Origin: Candidatus Binatia bacterium
Lineage (GTDB): Bacteria; Eisenbacteria; RBG-16-71-46; SZUA-252
Reading direction: 5' to 3'
Assembly (NCBI GenBank): GCA_035631035.1
Contig: DASQJL010000113.1
Location: 131,703-195,702, forward strand
Length of the DNA stretch: 64,000 nt
Positions 52,996-61,838 of this stretch are shown here, piece by piece. The notes below the pieces were generated by a model. The model was not told the origin of the DNA, ran no database searches, and saw only the letters and a program-made list of their open reading frames with translations. Every line of letters starts with the position of its first letter. Within the stretch, counting starts at the first letter, position 1. Position numbers and translations under genes: made by a program.

Positions 52996-53337
52996 TCAGC
53001 CCGCCTGGCCCGCGCAGGCGGCGCACGGGCAGATGCGGCGGAGGTAGTCGAAGGCGTAGATTCCGGTCGTGTGGCCGTCGCTCCAGTCGAAGTGGAGCGC
53101 GTAGTTCCCGACGGTGCGCGCGGCGGCGATGAAGACGCTCGGGTCCACGTGCTCCTCGAAGACGAGGCGCTCGCCGGTGGTCTCGCTGACGCACTGGGCG
53201 CACGGACAGCGGCCGCGCAGCGTGCGCGCGGGGTAGACCGACTCGTGCCCGTCCTCCCAGCGGATCGTGAAGCGCTCGCCCCCCTTCTTCTTCAGCTCCA
53301 CGGGGGTCGTCTCCTCGGGCAGGAGGGCGCGGGCCAT
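52996..53337 (-). CDS. DUF971 domain protein (113 aa, Cys-rich)
   Basis: Start at internal MARALLPEETTPVELKKKGGERFTIRWEDGHESVYPARTLRGRCPCAQC...RRICPCAAC. DUF971 is commonly found adjacent to mrp/apbC. Confidence 0.6.
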   Translation of the reverse strand: MARALLPEETTPVELKKKGGERFTIRWEDGHESVYPARTLRGRCPCAQCVSETTGERLVFEEHVDPSVFIAAARTVGNYALHFDWSDGHTTGIYAFDYLRRICPCAACAGQAG

Positions 53338-54419
53338 CACTCCTCCACGATCGAGAGCGTGAGGTTCCGGAACGCGCGGATGCTCACCTGGCGGGCGAGC
53401 GCACCGGCCACGTCGGACATCGCCTTCCCCGAGCTCGACTCCGGCTCGGCGACGACCACCGGCGTCCCCTCGTCGGCCGCCCGGCGGATCGCGGGATCGA
53501 GCGGGATCGAGCCCAGGAAGGGCACGTCCAGCGCTTTCGCCGCCTCCTCGGCGCCGCCGTGGCCGAAGAGATCGTCCCGCCCCCCGCAGTGCGGGCAGAC
53601 GTAGTAGGACATGTTCTCGACGATGCCGAGGATCGGCACCTTGGTCTGCTGGAACATGCGGAGCGTCTTCATCGAGATCTGGAGGCCGACGTCCTGGGGC
53701 GTCGAGACGATCACGCCGCCCGTGACCGGCACCGTCTGCACCAGGGTGAGGTGCACGTCCCCCGTGCCCGGGGGCAGGTCCACGATCAGGTAGTCGAGCT
53801 CCCCCCAGTTCACGCCCAGCAGGCACTGCTGGACCGCCTTGTGCGCCATCGGCCCGCGCCAGATGAGCGGCTGGTCCCCGGGCGTGAGATAGCCCATCGA
53901 CATCACCTTCGTGCCGTGAGCGTCGCCCGGCTCGATGGTGTTGTCGGCGCGCGGCTCGGCGGGGCGCGGCCCGCGCATCATGATCGGGATGGAAGGGCCG
54001 TAGATGTCCGCATCCAGGAGCCCGACGCGCGCGCCGCTCCGCGCGAGGGAGGCCGCGATGTTGGCGGCGACGGTGGACTTGCCGACCCCTCCCTTTCCGC
54101 TGCCGACCGCGACGATGTTCTTCACGTTCCGGAGCGCGGCCGTGCTCGGGGACGGCGGACGCCGCACCTCCGCGGTCATGTTCACGCGGGCGTCCGCGAC
54201 GCCGGGAATCGCGAGCACCGCCTGGCGCGCCTGGTCGCGAAGGCGATCCTTGACGGGGCAGGCGGGGGTGGTCAGATTGACGTCGAAGGCCACCCTCTCC
54301 CCCTCGATCTTCATGTTCCGGACGAAACCGAGGGAGACGATGTCGCGGTGGAGGTCCGGATCCATGACGGATCGAAGGGCATCCAAGACTTGGGCTTCCG
54401 TGACGGGGGCCTGGGCCAT
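53337..54419 (-). CDS. apbC: Fe-S cluster carrier P-loop NTPase (Mrp/ApbC family) with N-terminal DUF59-like domain
   Basis: Start at MMAQAPVTEAQVL (GAGGAG upstream). VAVGSGKGGVGKSTVAANIA deviant Walker A and CPHCG Fe-S ligand motif. Confidence 0.85.
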   Translation of the reverse strand: MAQAPVTEAQVLDALRSVMDPDLHRDIVSLGFVRNMKIEGERVAFDVNLTTPACPVKDRLRDQARQAVLAIPGVADARVNMTAEVRRPPSPSTAALRNVKNIVAVGSGKGGVGKSTVAANIAASLARSGARVGLLDADIYGPSIPIMMRGPRPAEPRADNTIEPGDAHGTKVMSMGYLTPGDQPLIWRGPMAHKAVQQCLLGVNWGELDYLIVDLPPGTGDVHLTLVQTVPVTGGVIVSTPQDVGLQISMKTLRMFQQTKVPILGIVENMSYYVCPHCGGRDDLFGHGGAEEAAKALDVPFLGSIPLDPAIRRAADEGTPVVVAEPESSSGKAMSDVAGALARQVSIRAFRNLTLSIVEE

Positions 54420-54546
54420 CATCGCTCCTCGAAGGGTGTGGGGGGCGGGATCGGACGGAACATCATAACGCATACGGCTCCTGGGCGGAAACCGGCTCCC
54501 AAACGCCAGTTCCGCCGGTTCGGATTCCCCTACTGAGGTAGACGCG

Positions 54547-56913
54547 ATGCCGCGGCAAACGATGCGCCTCACGGCGGCCGGCGGCGCGACCGACGCGCCC
54601 CCCGAGCGGCCGAGGGCCGGCTCGCGCCCGCCGGGCGAGGGGGAGGTCGTGCTCACCGTGCATGGGATGACCTGCGCGGGATGCGTCGCCACGGTGGAGC
54701 GCGCGCTCCGCTCCGCGCCCGGCGTCGCGTCGGCCGAAGTGAACCTGGCCACCGAGGAGGCGCGCGTCCATCCCGTGGCCGGCTCCTCCCCCAGCGTCGC
54801 CGCGCTCGTGAGCGCGGTGGAGCGCGCGGGCTATCGCGCCGCGCCGCGTGCCGCGACCTCCTCGTCCGATCGGGAGCGGGCCCATCGGGCCGAGGAGGGC
54901 GCGCTCCGCGCCAGGCTTTTCCTCTCGGTCGCGCTGGGCGTGCCGATCATGGCCCTTCACCTCTTCGTGCACGACCAGGATCGCGCGCGATGGCTCGCCT
55001 TCCTCCTCGCCACCCCCGTGCAGTGGATCGCGGCGTGGCCGTTCCACGCGCGCGCGCTGAAGGCGCTCCGCCACAAGACCGCCGACATGAACACCCTGAT
55101 CACCCTGGGCACCTTCTCCGCCTATTTCTATTCCGCCGCGGTGACGCTGGCGCCCGAACCCTTCCGCGCCGCGGGCGCCGGCACGCACGTCTACTTCGAC
55201 ACGGCGGTCATGATCCTCGTCTTCATCCTGCTCGGCCGGCTCCTCGAATCGCGGGCGCGGCGCCGCACGGGAGACGCGCTCAAGGCGCTGCTCACGAGGC
55301 GGCCACCCACGGCGCGGCGCCTGCGGGCCGCCGCGGCCGGAGACGAACCCGGCTTCGACGCGCCGCGCGAGACCGTCCCCGTGGAGTCGGTCGCCCGCGG
55401 CGACCTCCTCGAGATCCTCCCGGGCGAGGTGATACCGGTCGACGGACTCATCGCCCAGGGGCGCACCGAGGTGGACGAATCGATGCTCACGGGGGAGCCC
55501 TTCCCCGTTCCGCGCGAGCCGGGGGATCCGGTCGCCGCCGGCACGGTGAACCGGATCGCCCCCTTCGTGCTGCGCGCGACGCGCGTGGGCGCCGAGACCA
55601 CGCTCGCGCGGATCGCGCGGCTCGTCGAGGAGGCGCAGGGGGGAAAAGCGCCCATGCAGGAGCTGGCCGACCGCGTGGCGGCGCGCTTCGTGCCCGCCGT
55701 GATCGCGATCGCGATCGCGGCCGCGGCGATCTGGCTCTTCGTGGGTCCCGAGCCCCGCACGCGCTACGCGCTCACCGTCTTCGTCTCGGTGCTGATCGTG
55801 GCCTGCCCCTGCGCCATGGGGCTCGCCACGCCGACCGCCATCCTCGCCGGCACGGGCGCGGGGGCGCGGCGCGGCATCCTGATCCGGGGCGGCGAGGCGC
55901 TCGAGCGCGCGGGCTCCCTCACCACGGTCGTCTTCGACAAGACCGGTACCCTCACGCGCGGAGAGCCGGTGGTCGGCGCGACCGCCGCGGCGCCCGGGAT
56001 CGATCCGGCTCGGCTGATCGCGGTGGCGGCGGCGGTCGAGGCGGGCTCCGAGCATCCCCTCGCGCGCGCGGTCGCGCGCCAGGCGGCGGCCTCCGGCGCG
56101 GCGACGCTTCATGCCCGCGACGTGCGGGTGACCCCCGGCGGCGGCGTCGAGGGGATCGTCGAGGGCGTCCCGACGCGCGTGGGCTCGCGCTCCTTCGCGG
56201 CGCGCGGCGCCGAGCCCGACGCCGCGCTCGCGGCGCGCGCCGAGGAGGCGGCCGAGCGGGGCCGCACGGTGGCCTGGGTGGGCGAGAGCGGCCTCGAGGG
56301 GGTCCGCCTCCTCGGCTTCTTCGAGGTGACCGACCCGCCGCGCGAGGACGCCGCGGCCGCGGTGGCCCGGCTCCGGGCGCGCGGGTTGAAGCCGGTGCTC
56401 GCCACCGGCGACCGCGAGGCGCCGGCGCGCGCGCTGGCCCAGGCAGTGGGACTCGAGGAGGTGCGGGCCGGGCTCACCCCGGAGGGAAAGGTGGCGCTGG
56501 TGCGGGAGCTCCAGGCCCGCGGCGAGACGGTGGCCATGGTCGGTGACGGCCTGAACGACGCGCCGGCGCTGGCCGCGGCCGACCTGGGGATCGCGCTCGG
56601 CACCGGGACGGACGCCGCGATGGAGGCGGCCGACGTGACCCTGGTGCGCGGGAGCATGGACGGGATCGCGGCGGCCCTCGACCTCTCGCGGGCCACGCGG
56701 AGCACGGTCCGGCAGAACCTCTTCTGGGCCTTCGCCTACAACGTGATCGCGATTCCGGTGGCGGCGGGCGCGCTCTATCCCGCGGCCGGGATCCTGCTCC
56801 ACCCCACGGTCGCCTCGGCCGCGATGGCGCTCTCCAGCGTGTCGGTCGTGACCAACAGCCTCCGTCTCGCCGGGTGGCGCGGACGGCCCGCGTATGCTAA
56901 TTTCGAGCGCTAA
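54547..56913 (+). CDS. copA: copper-translocating P1B-type ATPase
   Basis: N-terminal HMA domain GMTCAGC; TM CPC motif (ACPCAMGLATP); DKTGTLT phosphorylation site; TM7 AYN and TM8 MALSSVSV (Cu+-type signatures); GDGxNDxPAL. Confidence 0.85.
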   Translation: MPRQTMRLTAAGGATDAPPERPRAGSRPPGEGEVVLTVHGMTCAGCVATVERALRSAPGVASAEVNLATEEARVHPVAGSSPSVAALVSAVERAGYRAAPRAATSSSDRERAHRAEEGALRARLFLSVALGVPIMALHLFVHDQDRARWLAFLLATPVQWIAAWPFHARALKALRHKTADMNTLITLGTFSAYFYSAAVTLAPEPFRAAGAGTHVYFDTAVMILVFILLGRLLESRARRRTGDALKALLTRRPPTARRLRAAAAGDEPGFDAPRETVPVESVARGDLLEILPGEVIPVDGLIAQGRTEVDESMLTGEPFPVPREPGDPVAAGTVNRIAPFVLRATRVGAETTLARIARLVEEAQGGKAPMQELADRVAARFVPAVIAIAIAAAAIWLFVGPEPRTRYALTVFVSVLIVACPCAMGLATPTAILAGTGAGARRGILIRGGEALERAGSLTTVVFDKTGTLTRGEPVVGATAAAPGIDPARLIAVAAAVEAGSEHPLARAVARQAAASGAATLHARDVRVTPGGGVEGIVEGVPTRVGSRSFAARGAEPDAALAARAEEAAERGRTVAWVGESGLEGVRLLGFFEVTDPPREDAAAAVARLRARGLKPVLATGDREAPARALAQAVGLEEVRAGLTPEGKVALVRELQARGETVAMVGDGLNDAPALAAADLGIALGTGTDAAMEAADVTLVRGSMDGIAAALDLSRATRSTVRQNLFWAFAYNVIAIPVAAGALYPAAGILLHPTVASAAMALSSVSVVTNSLRLAGWRGRPAYANFER

Positions 56914-56972
56914 TCCACGCGCCGGAACAGGTCGTTCGCCCTTGTCCCGCGCGAGACAGGACCGGAGGGAGC

Positions 56973-57941
56973 ATGGCCGTTTCCAACGATGAGCTGAAGG
57001 GCCTCTACTACTACATGAACCTGGTGCGCCAGGTGGACGAGCGCTGCCGCCGCCTCTTCAAGCAGGGGCGCTTCCACGGCACCTACTTCTCCGCCGTGGG
57101 CCAGGAAGCGACCGTCGTGGGCCCCTGCTACGGGCTCCGCCCCGACGACTTCATCGGCATCCAGCACCGCGAGATCGGCGCCGTCATCACCAAGGGCATG
57201 CCGATCAAGTACCTCATGGCGCAGCTCTTCGCGCGGAAGGACAGCCCCGACCGCGGGAAGTCGCACCCGTGCCACTACGGCTGGAAGCCGATGGGGATCG
57301 TCACGCCGGCCTCGACGATCGCCGCGCAGACCGTGATCGTCACCGGCTCCGCGCTCGCCTGGAAGATCCAGAAAAAGGACAACGTCGCCGTCGCCTTCGT
57401 CGGCGAGGGCGCCACCTCGAACGGCGTCTGGCACGAGGCGCTGAACTTCGCGGGGATCCACAAGCTCCCGATCGTCTTCGTCGTGCAGGACAACCTCTGG
57501 GCCGAGTCGGTGCCGAAGAGCCTGGGCGTTCCGGTGGACAACGTGTCCGAGCGCGCCAAGGCCTACGGCTTCCCCGGCGTCACCATCGACGGCAACGACC
57601 TCATGGCGACGTACGAGACCTCGCAGGAGGCGGTCCGGAAGGCGCGCCGCGGCGAGGGTCCGACCCTGATCGAGATGAAGACCTACCGGTGGTACGGCCA
57701 CTCCGAGATCGATCCGGCCAACTACCGCACGCAGGAAGAGCTGGAGTCCTGGAAGCGCCGCGACCCGGTGCCGCGCTACGAGCGGCTCCTGATGGAGCGC
57801 GGCGTCGTGGACGAGGCGTTCAAGCAGCAGACGCTCCAGCGGATCGAGCGGGAGATCGAGGAGGCGATCGATTTCGCCGACAAGAGCCCGCATCCCGATC
57901 CGAGCGAGATCCTGGAGGACGTCTACGCCCCGCTCGGATAG
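56973..57941 (+). CDS. pdhA: pyruvate (2-oxo acid) dehydrogenase E1 component alpha subunit (TPP-binding)
   Basis: 322 aa: ...GQEATVVG...FVGEGATSNGVWHEALNFAGIHKLPIVFVVQDN...YRWYGHSE. Confidence 0.85.
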   Translation: MAVSNDELKGLYYYMNLVRQVDERCRRLFKQGRFHGTYFSAVGQEATVVGPCYGLRPDDFIGIQHREIGAVITKGMPIKYLMAQLFARKDSPDRGKSHPCHYGWKPMGIVTPASTIAAQTVIVTGSALAWKIQKKDNVAVAFVGEGATSNGVWHEALNFAGIHKLPIVFVVQDNLWAESVPKSLGVPVDNVSERAKAYGFPGVTIDGNDLMATYETSQEAVRKARRGEGPTLIEMKTYRWYGHSEIDPANYRTQEELESWKRRDPVPRYERLLMERGVVDEAFKQQTLQRIEREIEEAIDFADKSPHPDPSEILEDVYAPLG

Positions 57942-57972
57942 CCCGGCCGGACGCGCCCCCCGCGAATCGCGG

Positions 57973-58476
57973 GTGGAGATGGTCGAGCTGGTGCTGCCGA
58001 ACGACGCGAACACGCTGGGCAACGTGCTCGGCGGCCGCGTGCTCCACTGGATCGATCTCGCGGCGGCGATCGTCGCCCACCGGCACTGCCGGCAGGAGAC
58101 GGTGACGGTGTCGCTGGACCAGATGTCGTTTCTCGCGCCGATCCGCGTCGGTCAGCTCGCGGTGATCGCGGCGCGCATGACGTACACGGGCCGCACCTCG
58201 ATGGAGATCCGCGTCGACGTGGCGTGCGAGGATCTGCTGACCGGAGAGCGGCGCCCGACCTCGACGGCGTATCTCACGTTCGTCGCGATCGACAAGCAGG
58301 GTCGGCCGGCGCCGGTGCCGCCGCTGATCTTGGAGACGGAGGAGGAGCGCCGCGAGGCGCGCGCGGCCGAGGGCCGCCGCGAGGCGCGGCTCCGAGCAAG
58401 GCCGGACCACCCGCACGAACCGGAGCCTGTACCGGGGCATTCACCGGAGCATCCGGGGGAGACCAAGCATCGATGA
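57973..58476 (+). CDS. acyl-CoA thioesterase (hotdog fold, YciA/4HBT-like)
   Basis: MEMVELVLPNDANTLGNVLGGRVLHWIDLAAAIVAHRHC...EIRVDVACEDLLTGERRPTSTAYLTFVAIDKQGRP. Confidence 0.7.
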   Translation: MEMVELVLPNDANTLGNVLGGRVLHWIDLAAAIVAHRHCRQETVTVSLDQMSFLAPIRVGQLAVIAARMTYTGRTSMEIRVDVACEDLLTGERRPTSTAYLTFVAIDKQGRPAPVPPLILETEEERREARAAEGRREARLRARPDHPHEPEPVPGHSPEHPGETKHR

Positions 58477-59501
58477 AGACGTTCGACACCCAAGCGCCGG
58501 CGGCCGCTCCGGCGGATGTGAAGACGATCACGATGATCGAGGCGATCACGCAGGCGCTCCATGAAGAGATGGAGCGCGACCCGCGGATCTTTCTGATCGG
58601 CGAGGACATCGCCAACTACGGCGGCGTGTTCAAGGCGACCAAGGGGCTGTACGAGAAGTTCGGCCCCATGCGCGTCATCGACAGTCCCATCTCCGAGAAC
58701 TTCCTGGTGCAGGGGGCGGTGGGCGCCGCGCTCGCGGGGCTGATTCCCTCCCCCGAGATCCAGTTCGACGACTTCATCTCGCTCGCGGTGGACGGCATCG
58801 TGGAGCACGCGGCCAAGATGCGCTACCGCTCGGGCGGCATGTGGACCTGCCCCATGGTCATCCGCTGCTGCTGCGGCGCCGCGGTGGGCGGCGGCCTCTT
58901 CCACTCGCAGTTCAACGCGTCGTGGTTCATGCATTCGCCCGGGCTCGTGGTCGTGGCGCCGGCGACGCCGTACGACGCGAAGGGGCTCTTGAAGTCGGCC
59001 TTCCGCGGACAGAATCCCGTGCTCTACTACGAGCACAAGCGGCTCTACCGGACCTCCAAGGGGCCGGTCCCCACGCACGACTTCACGGTGCCGCTCGGCA
59101 AGGCGAACGTGGTCCGCAAGGGAGCCCACGTCACGGTGATCTCCTACGCGCTGATGCTGCACCGCTCCCTGGAGGCGGCGGAGAAGGTGGCCGCCGAGGG
59201 GATCGACGTGGAGGTGATCGACCTCCGCACCCTGGCGCCGTACGACAAGGAGACGATTCTCGAGTCGGTGCAGAAGACCTCGCGCGCCATCTGCGTCTAC
59301 GAATCGTCCCGCACGATGGGCGTGGGGGCTGAGATCGCGGCCATGATCGCCGAAGAGGGCTTCAGCTCCCTCGACGCGCCGGTCCGCCGCGTGTCGCCGC
59401 CGGACGCGCCGCAGGAGCCGTTCGCGCCCGTCCTGGCGGATGCCTATCTGCCGGACGCCAACCGGATCGCGCAGGCGATCCGCGAAACCGTCGCTTATTG
59501 A
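58473..59501 (+). CDS. pdhB: pyruvate (2-oxo acid) dehydrogenase E1 component beta subunit
   Basis: Start at internal MKTFDTQAP, overlapping the thioesterase stop (ATGA). Transketolase-like pyrimidine and C-terminal domains. Confidence 0.85.
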   Translation: MKTFDTQAPAAAPADVKTITMIEAITQALHEEMERDPRIFLIGEDIANYGGVFKATKGLYEKFGPMRVIDSPISENFLVQGAVGAALAGLIPSPEIQFDDFISLAVDGIVEHAAKMRYRSGGMWTCPMVIRCCCGAAVGGGLFHSQFNASWFMHSPGLVVVAPATPYDAKGLLKSAFRGQNPVLYYEHKRLYRTSKGPVPTHDFTVPLGKANVVRKGAHVTVISYALMLHRSLEAAEKVAAEGIDVEVIDLRTLAPYDKETILESVQKTSRAICVYESSRTMGVGAEIAAMIAEEGFSSLDAPVRRVSPPDAPQEPFAPVLADAYLPDANRIAQAIRETVAY

Positions 59502-59535
59502 TCCCGGCGGCTTCGGGCCGCGCTCGGAGGAACGG

Positions 59536-61041
59536 ATGCCGGTAACCATCGTCGTGCCGCAGCTCGGCGAGAGCGTCGTCGAGGGAACGATCGGCAAGTG
59601 GCTGAAGCAGGTGGGCGAGCCGATCGCCAAGGACGAGCCGATCGTCGAGATCATCACCGACAAGATCAACATCGAGCTCCCCGCCCCGACCGCGGGCACC
59701 CTGGGCGAGATCACCGCCGCCGAGGGCACCGTCGCGCAGGTCGGCGAAAAGCTGGGAACGATCCTGGCCCCGGGCGAGTCGCTTCCCGCGGGAGGCGCGG
59801 CCGCGCCGGCCCCGGCGCACGCCGCCGCGGGCGCGGCCTCCGGCGCGGGCGCGGGCTCCTCCTCGAACGCCGGCGCCGACGCCGGAGCCGCGCGCGCCGC
59901 CGCCGCGACGCCGGCTTCGCCGCAGAGCCGGACGCCGCAGGGCGACGCTCCGCTCGGCGCCGTGGCGGCCGGGCCGCGCGCCTCCGCCTCGGCCCCCGCC
60001 TTCGGCGGCGCTCCGTCGGGACGCCCCGCGGGCGGAGTCGCGACCAACAACGTCGCCCCGCATGACGACGGCCAGCGCCTCTCCCCCGCGGTGCGGAAGC
60101 TGGTCAAGGAGAACGACGTCGACGTCGCGCAGATCCGCGGGTCCGGCATGGGCGGCCGCGTGACGCGCGAGGACGTGCTCACCTATCTCGAGGCGCGGAA
60201 GGTCGCCGCCTCGGCGCCCGGACGCGGCGCTCCCGCGACGGCTCCGGGACGGATGGACCGCTTCGAGCCCGCGCCGGCCGCGCCGCGGCCCCAGCCGACC
60301 CGGGCGATCCCGACCCCCGCGTTCGCCGCGACCGGCGCGCGCGAGGAGACCGTCGAGCCCCTGACCAACGTGCGGAAGATGATCGCGCAGAACATGGTGA
60401 AGGCGCGCCACACGGCCGCGCACTGCGCCGTGGCCGACGAGGTGGACATGACCGCCCTCGTCGAAATGCGCGGCCGGATGAAGGACCGCGTGCAGCGCGA
60501 ATACGGCGTCAAGCTCACCTACATGCCGTTCATCGTCAAAGCGGTGGTGCGGGGGCTGAAGGAGCACCCGATCCTGAACGCCTCGATGACCGACACCGAG
60601 GTGCACTACAAGAAGTACTACAACATCGGCATCGCCGTGCACCGCGACCAGGGGCTGATCGTCCCCGTCGTGCGCGACGCCGACCGGAAGAACCTGCTCC
60701 AGATCGCCGCCGACATCGAGGACCTGGGCGCGCGCGCCCGGGCGGAGAAGCTGACCCTGGACGACATCCAGGGCGGCACCTTCACGATCACCAACGCCGG
60801 CATGTTCGGCGCCACCTCGTCGGTCCCGGTCATCAACGTCCCGGAGGTCGGCATCCTCGGCGTGCACCTGATCGAGGAGCGCCCCGTCGTGCGCGACCAC
60901 CGCATCGTGGTGCGCTGGATGATGACGCTGGTTCTTTCCTTCGACCACCGGCTGGTGGACGGCACCCCCGCGGTGCAGTTCCTCCACCGGGTGAAGGAGC
61001 TGCTCGAGGATCCGGAGAGCTGGCTCCTCGACGCGGTGTAG
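59536..61041 (+). CDS. dihydrolipoamide acyltransferase E2 component (lipoyl domain, E3-binding domain, catalytic domain)
   Basis: Start at MPVTIVVPQLGESVVEGTIGKWL (GGAGGAACGG upstream). Lipoyl-Lys context EIITDKINIELPAP; Ala/Pro linkers; catalytic SFDHRLVDG. Confidence 0.85.
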   Translation: MPVTIVVPQLGESVVEGTIGKWLKQVGEPIAKDEPIVEIITDKINIELPAPTAGTLGEITAAEGTVAQVGEKLGTILAPGESLPAGGAAAPAPAHAAAGAASGAGAGSSSNAGADAGAARAAAATPASPQSRTPQGDAPLGAVAAGPRASASAPAFGGAPSGRPAGGVATNNVAPHDDGQRLSPAVRKLVKENDVDVAQIRGSGMGGRVTREDVLTYLEARKVAASAPGRGAPATAPGRMDRFEPAPAAPRPQPTRAIPTPAFAATGAREETVEPLTNVRKMIAQNMVKARHTAAHCAVADEVDMTALVEMRGRMKDRVQREYGVKLTYMPFIVKAVVRGLKEHPILNASMTDTEVHYKKYYNIGIAVHRDQGLIVPVVRDADRKNLLQIAADIEDLGARARAEKLTLDDIQGGTFTITNAGMFGATSSVPVINVPEVGILGVHLIEERPVVRDHRIVVRWMMTLVLSFDHRLVDGTPAVQFLHRVKELLEDPESWLLDAV

Positions 61042-61046
61042 GCGCC

Positions 61047-61811
61047 GTGATCCTCCCGGGGGGCTCGTCCAGCGCGCGCGGGGTGTTGGAACATCCCTCG
61101 GCCCGGCCGTACGAGCCGCCCGACTACGGGCCGCGCTCGCCGATCCCCGCCTACGATCTGGGCCGCGTGCCCTACGTCGCCGCCCTGCAGTTCCAGCGCC
61201 GCGCCGTCGAGGCGCGCGCCGCCGGCCGCGCCCCCGATTGCCTCTACTTCGTCGAGCACGACCCCGTGATCACGGTGGGACGGGCCGGCAAGGATTCGAA
61301 CCTCCGCCTCTCGGCCGCCGAGTACCAGCTCCGCGGCGTCGAGGTGGTCGCGGTGGAGCGCGGCGGCGACGTGACCTACCACGGCCCGGGACAGCTCGTC
61401 GGCTATCCGGTCGTGGCGCTCGATAACCTTCCCTGCGGCCGCGATCTGCATGGCTACCTGCGCGACCTCGAGGAAGGGGTCATCCGGGCCGTGGCGTCGT
61501 TCGGCCTCCCGGCCGAGCGGCGACCGCCTTACACCGGCGTCTGGGTCGGACCGCGCAAGATCGCGGCGATCGGCGTGGCCGTGCGCCGCTGGATCGCCTT
61601 CCACGGATTCGCGCTGAACGTGAATCCCAACCTGGCCCATTTCGATTGGATCCATCCGTGCGGCATCCGCCATCTGGGCGTGGGCTCGCTGGCCTCGCTC
61701 CTCGGGGCGGCGCCGCCGCGCGAGGAGGTGGCGGCGCGCCTGGCCGCCTCCTTCACCGAGATATGGGGGCGCCAGGTCCAGCTTTCGGCCGAGGACCTGG
61801 TGCATGTATAG
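61047..61811 (+). CDS. lipB: lipoyl(octanoyl) transferase
   Basis: GTG start 6 nt after the E2 stop. LipB motifs (HDPVITVGRAG, GVEVVAVERGGDVTYHGPGQLVGYPV, KIAAIGVAV). Confidence 0.75.
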   Translation: MILPGGSSSARGVLEHPSARPYEPPDYGPRSPIPAYDLGRVPYVAALQFQRRAVEARAAGRAPDCLYFVEHDPVITVGRAGKDSNLRLSAAEYQLRGVEVVAVERGGDVTYHGPGQLVGYPVVALDNLPCGRDLHGYLRDLEEGVIRAVASFGLPAERRPPYTGVWVGPRKIAAIGVAVRRWIAFHGFALNVNPNLAHFDWIHPCGIRHLGVGSLASLLGAAPPREEVAARLAASFTEIWGRQVQLSAEDLVHV

Positions 61812-61838
61812 ACTCCGGCCGAGAGGCTCGGAATCACG

